Origin: Octopus sinensis
Lineage: Eukaryota
Length of the DNA: 64,000 bases
Direction of reading: 5' to 3'
NCBI RefSeq assembly: GCF_006345805.1
Contig: NC_043012.1
Span: 5,766,001-5,830,000 of the forward strand
Positions 63,198 to 64,000 of the stretch are shown here, one piece after another. The position numbers and the translations under genes were made by a program. A model generated the notes under the pieces. It did not search any database. It worked only from the letters and a program-made list of their open reading frames with translations, and was not told the origin of the DNA. The stretch's first letter is position 1, and every line of letters begins with the position of its first letter.

Positions 63198-64000
63198 AAG
63201 AAAGAGAAAAATAATTGACAGAGCAAAACTTCCCTTGGCACATTGACTGAGTGTTTGAGGTCAGTAGTCCAACACTTTGAAACTTGCTCAGTTACCATTC
63301 TCCTGTATTCAAACACATACACACACACATACACACGTGCACCCAACCTCTTGTGATATAAACCGGGCTAATGAGATACTCTCACTCCTGTCCAAGCCCC
63401 ACACCTCTCTAAAACTACAAACCAGCTAATTTGGGGACTCATTATACCAAACTATACAACTCACTCTTATCTACCGCTTTGCCTACTCAGAGTACACCCA
63501 CTTATTACAGTTGTGATAATTGTATCAGTTGTTGTTGCCGATGATGTGATCCTCTCCTCCCATTCATGTTGTTTTTGTTATTAATGACATTAGCTTGGTA
63601 CATTGCTATGTGTGTTTATATTTAAGTTTTTTATTGTGTTAATTGCTGCCGACGTTGTTTTTGTTCCGTTGTAGCCTTGTGCCAATTGTTATTATAATTA
63701 CTGTAGTCACTTCTTTCAACTGGGACAATTAGTTGAGGAAGCTCAGGTCATTATTCTCCTAACAAGGTTACTAAGCCCTACCTCTAATGAAGTACTTTCC
63801 TAAAGGAAATGGTGAGGAAACATCTGATCATTTCTTTTGGCTTCTCTGTGTTCTACATGTTATGTTTTAGTGCAGGGTGGAAGCAATTCAATTGGTTGGT
63901 TTGGGGTGAAGTTAAGTAAAAAAACAACAAAATGCAATGTGGTGCAGTAGCTATGGCCATTAAAAGTACAACTACAGGTTCAAACTTTATCAGTTTCCAA

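Overview
Eukaryotic, AT-rich, repeat-saturated intronic or intergenic DNA. The SINE families and microsatellite load look like an Octopus (coleoid cephalopod) genome; this is inferred from recalled repeat families, not from a search. I could not confidently identify any host protein-coding gene, and nearly all listed ORFs are translations of microsatellites or SINEs. The window holds dozens of tRNA-derived SINEs in several modular families, RTE-type LINE remnants, a decayed DD37D (maT) transposase, TIR MITEs (piggyBac-, hAT- and Tc2/pogo-like), Helentron-type and Helitron non-autonomous elements, and tandem repeats. The most notable observations are: (1) a full-length U6 snRNA copy joined almost directly to a CORE-type SINE, with both inside a piggyBac-like TIR element; (2) a tRNA-Asp pseudogene with the same SINE family just downstream in the same orientation; (3) a SINE carrying a near-perfect GC-rich 66-bp VNTR, an SVA-like architecture; (4) an unclassified fixed-length 556-bp element that sits in (ATT)n runs; (5) a length-conserved 22-bp array and a 100-bp-arm hairpin. 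Most SINE boundaries are approximate to about 10 bp.
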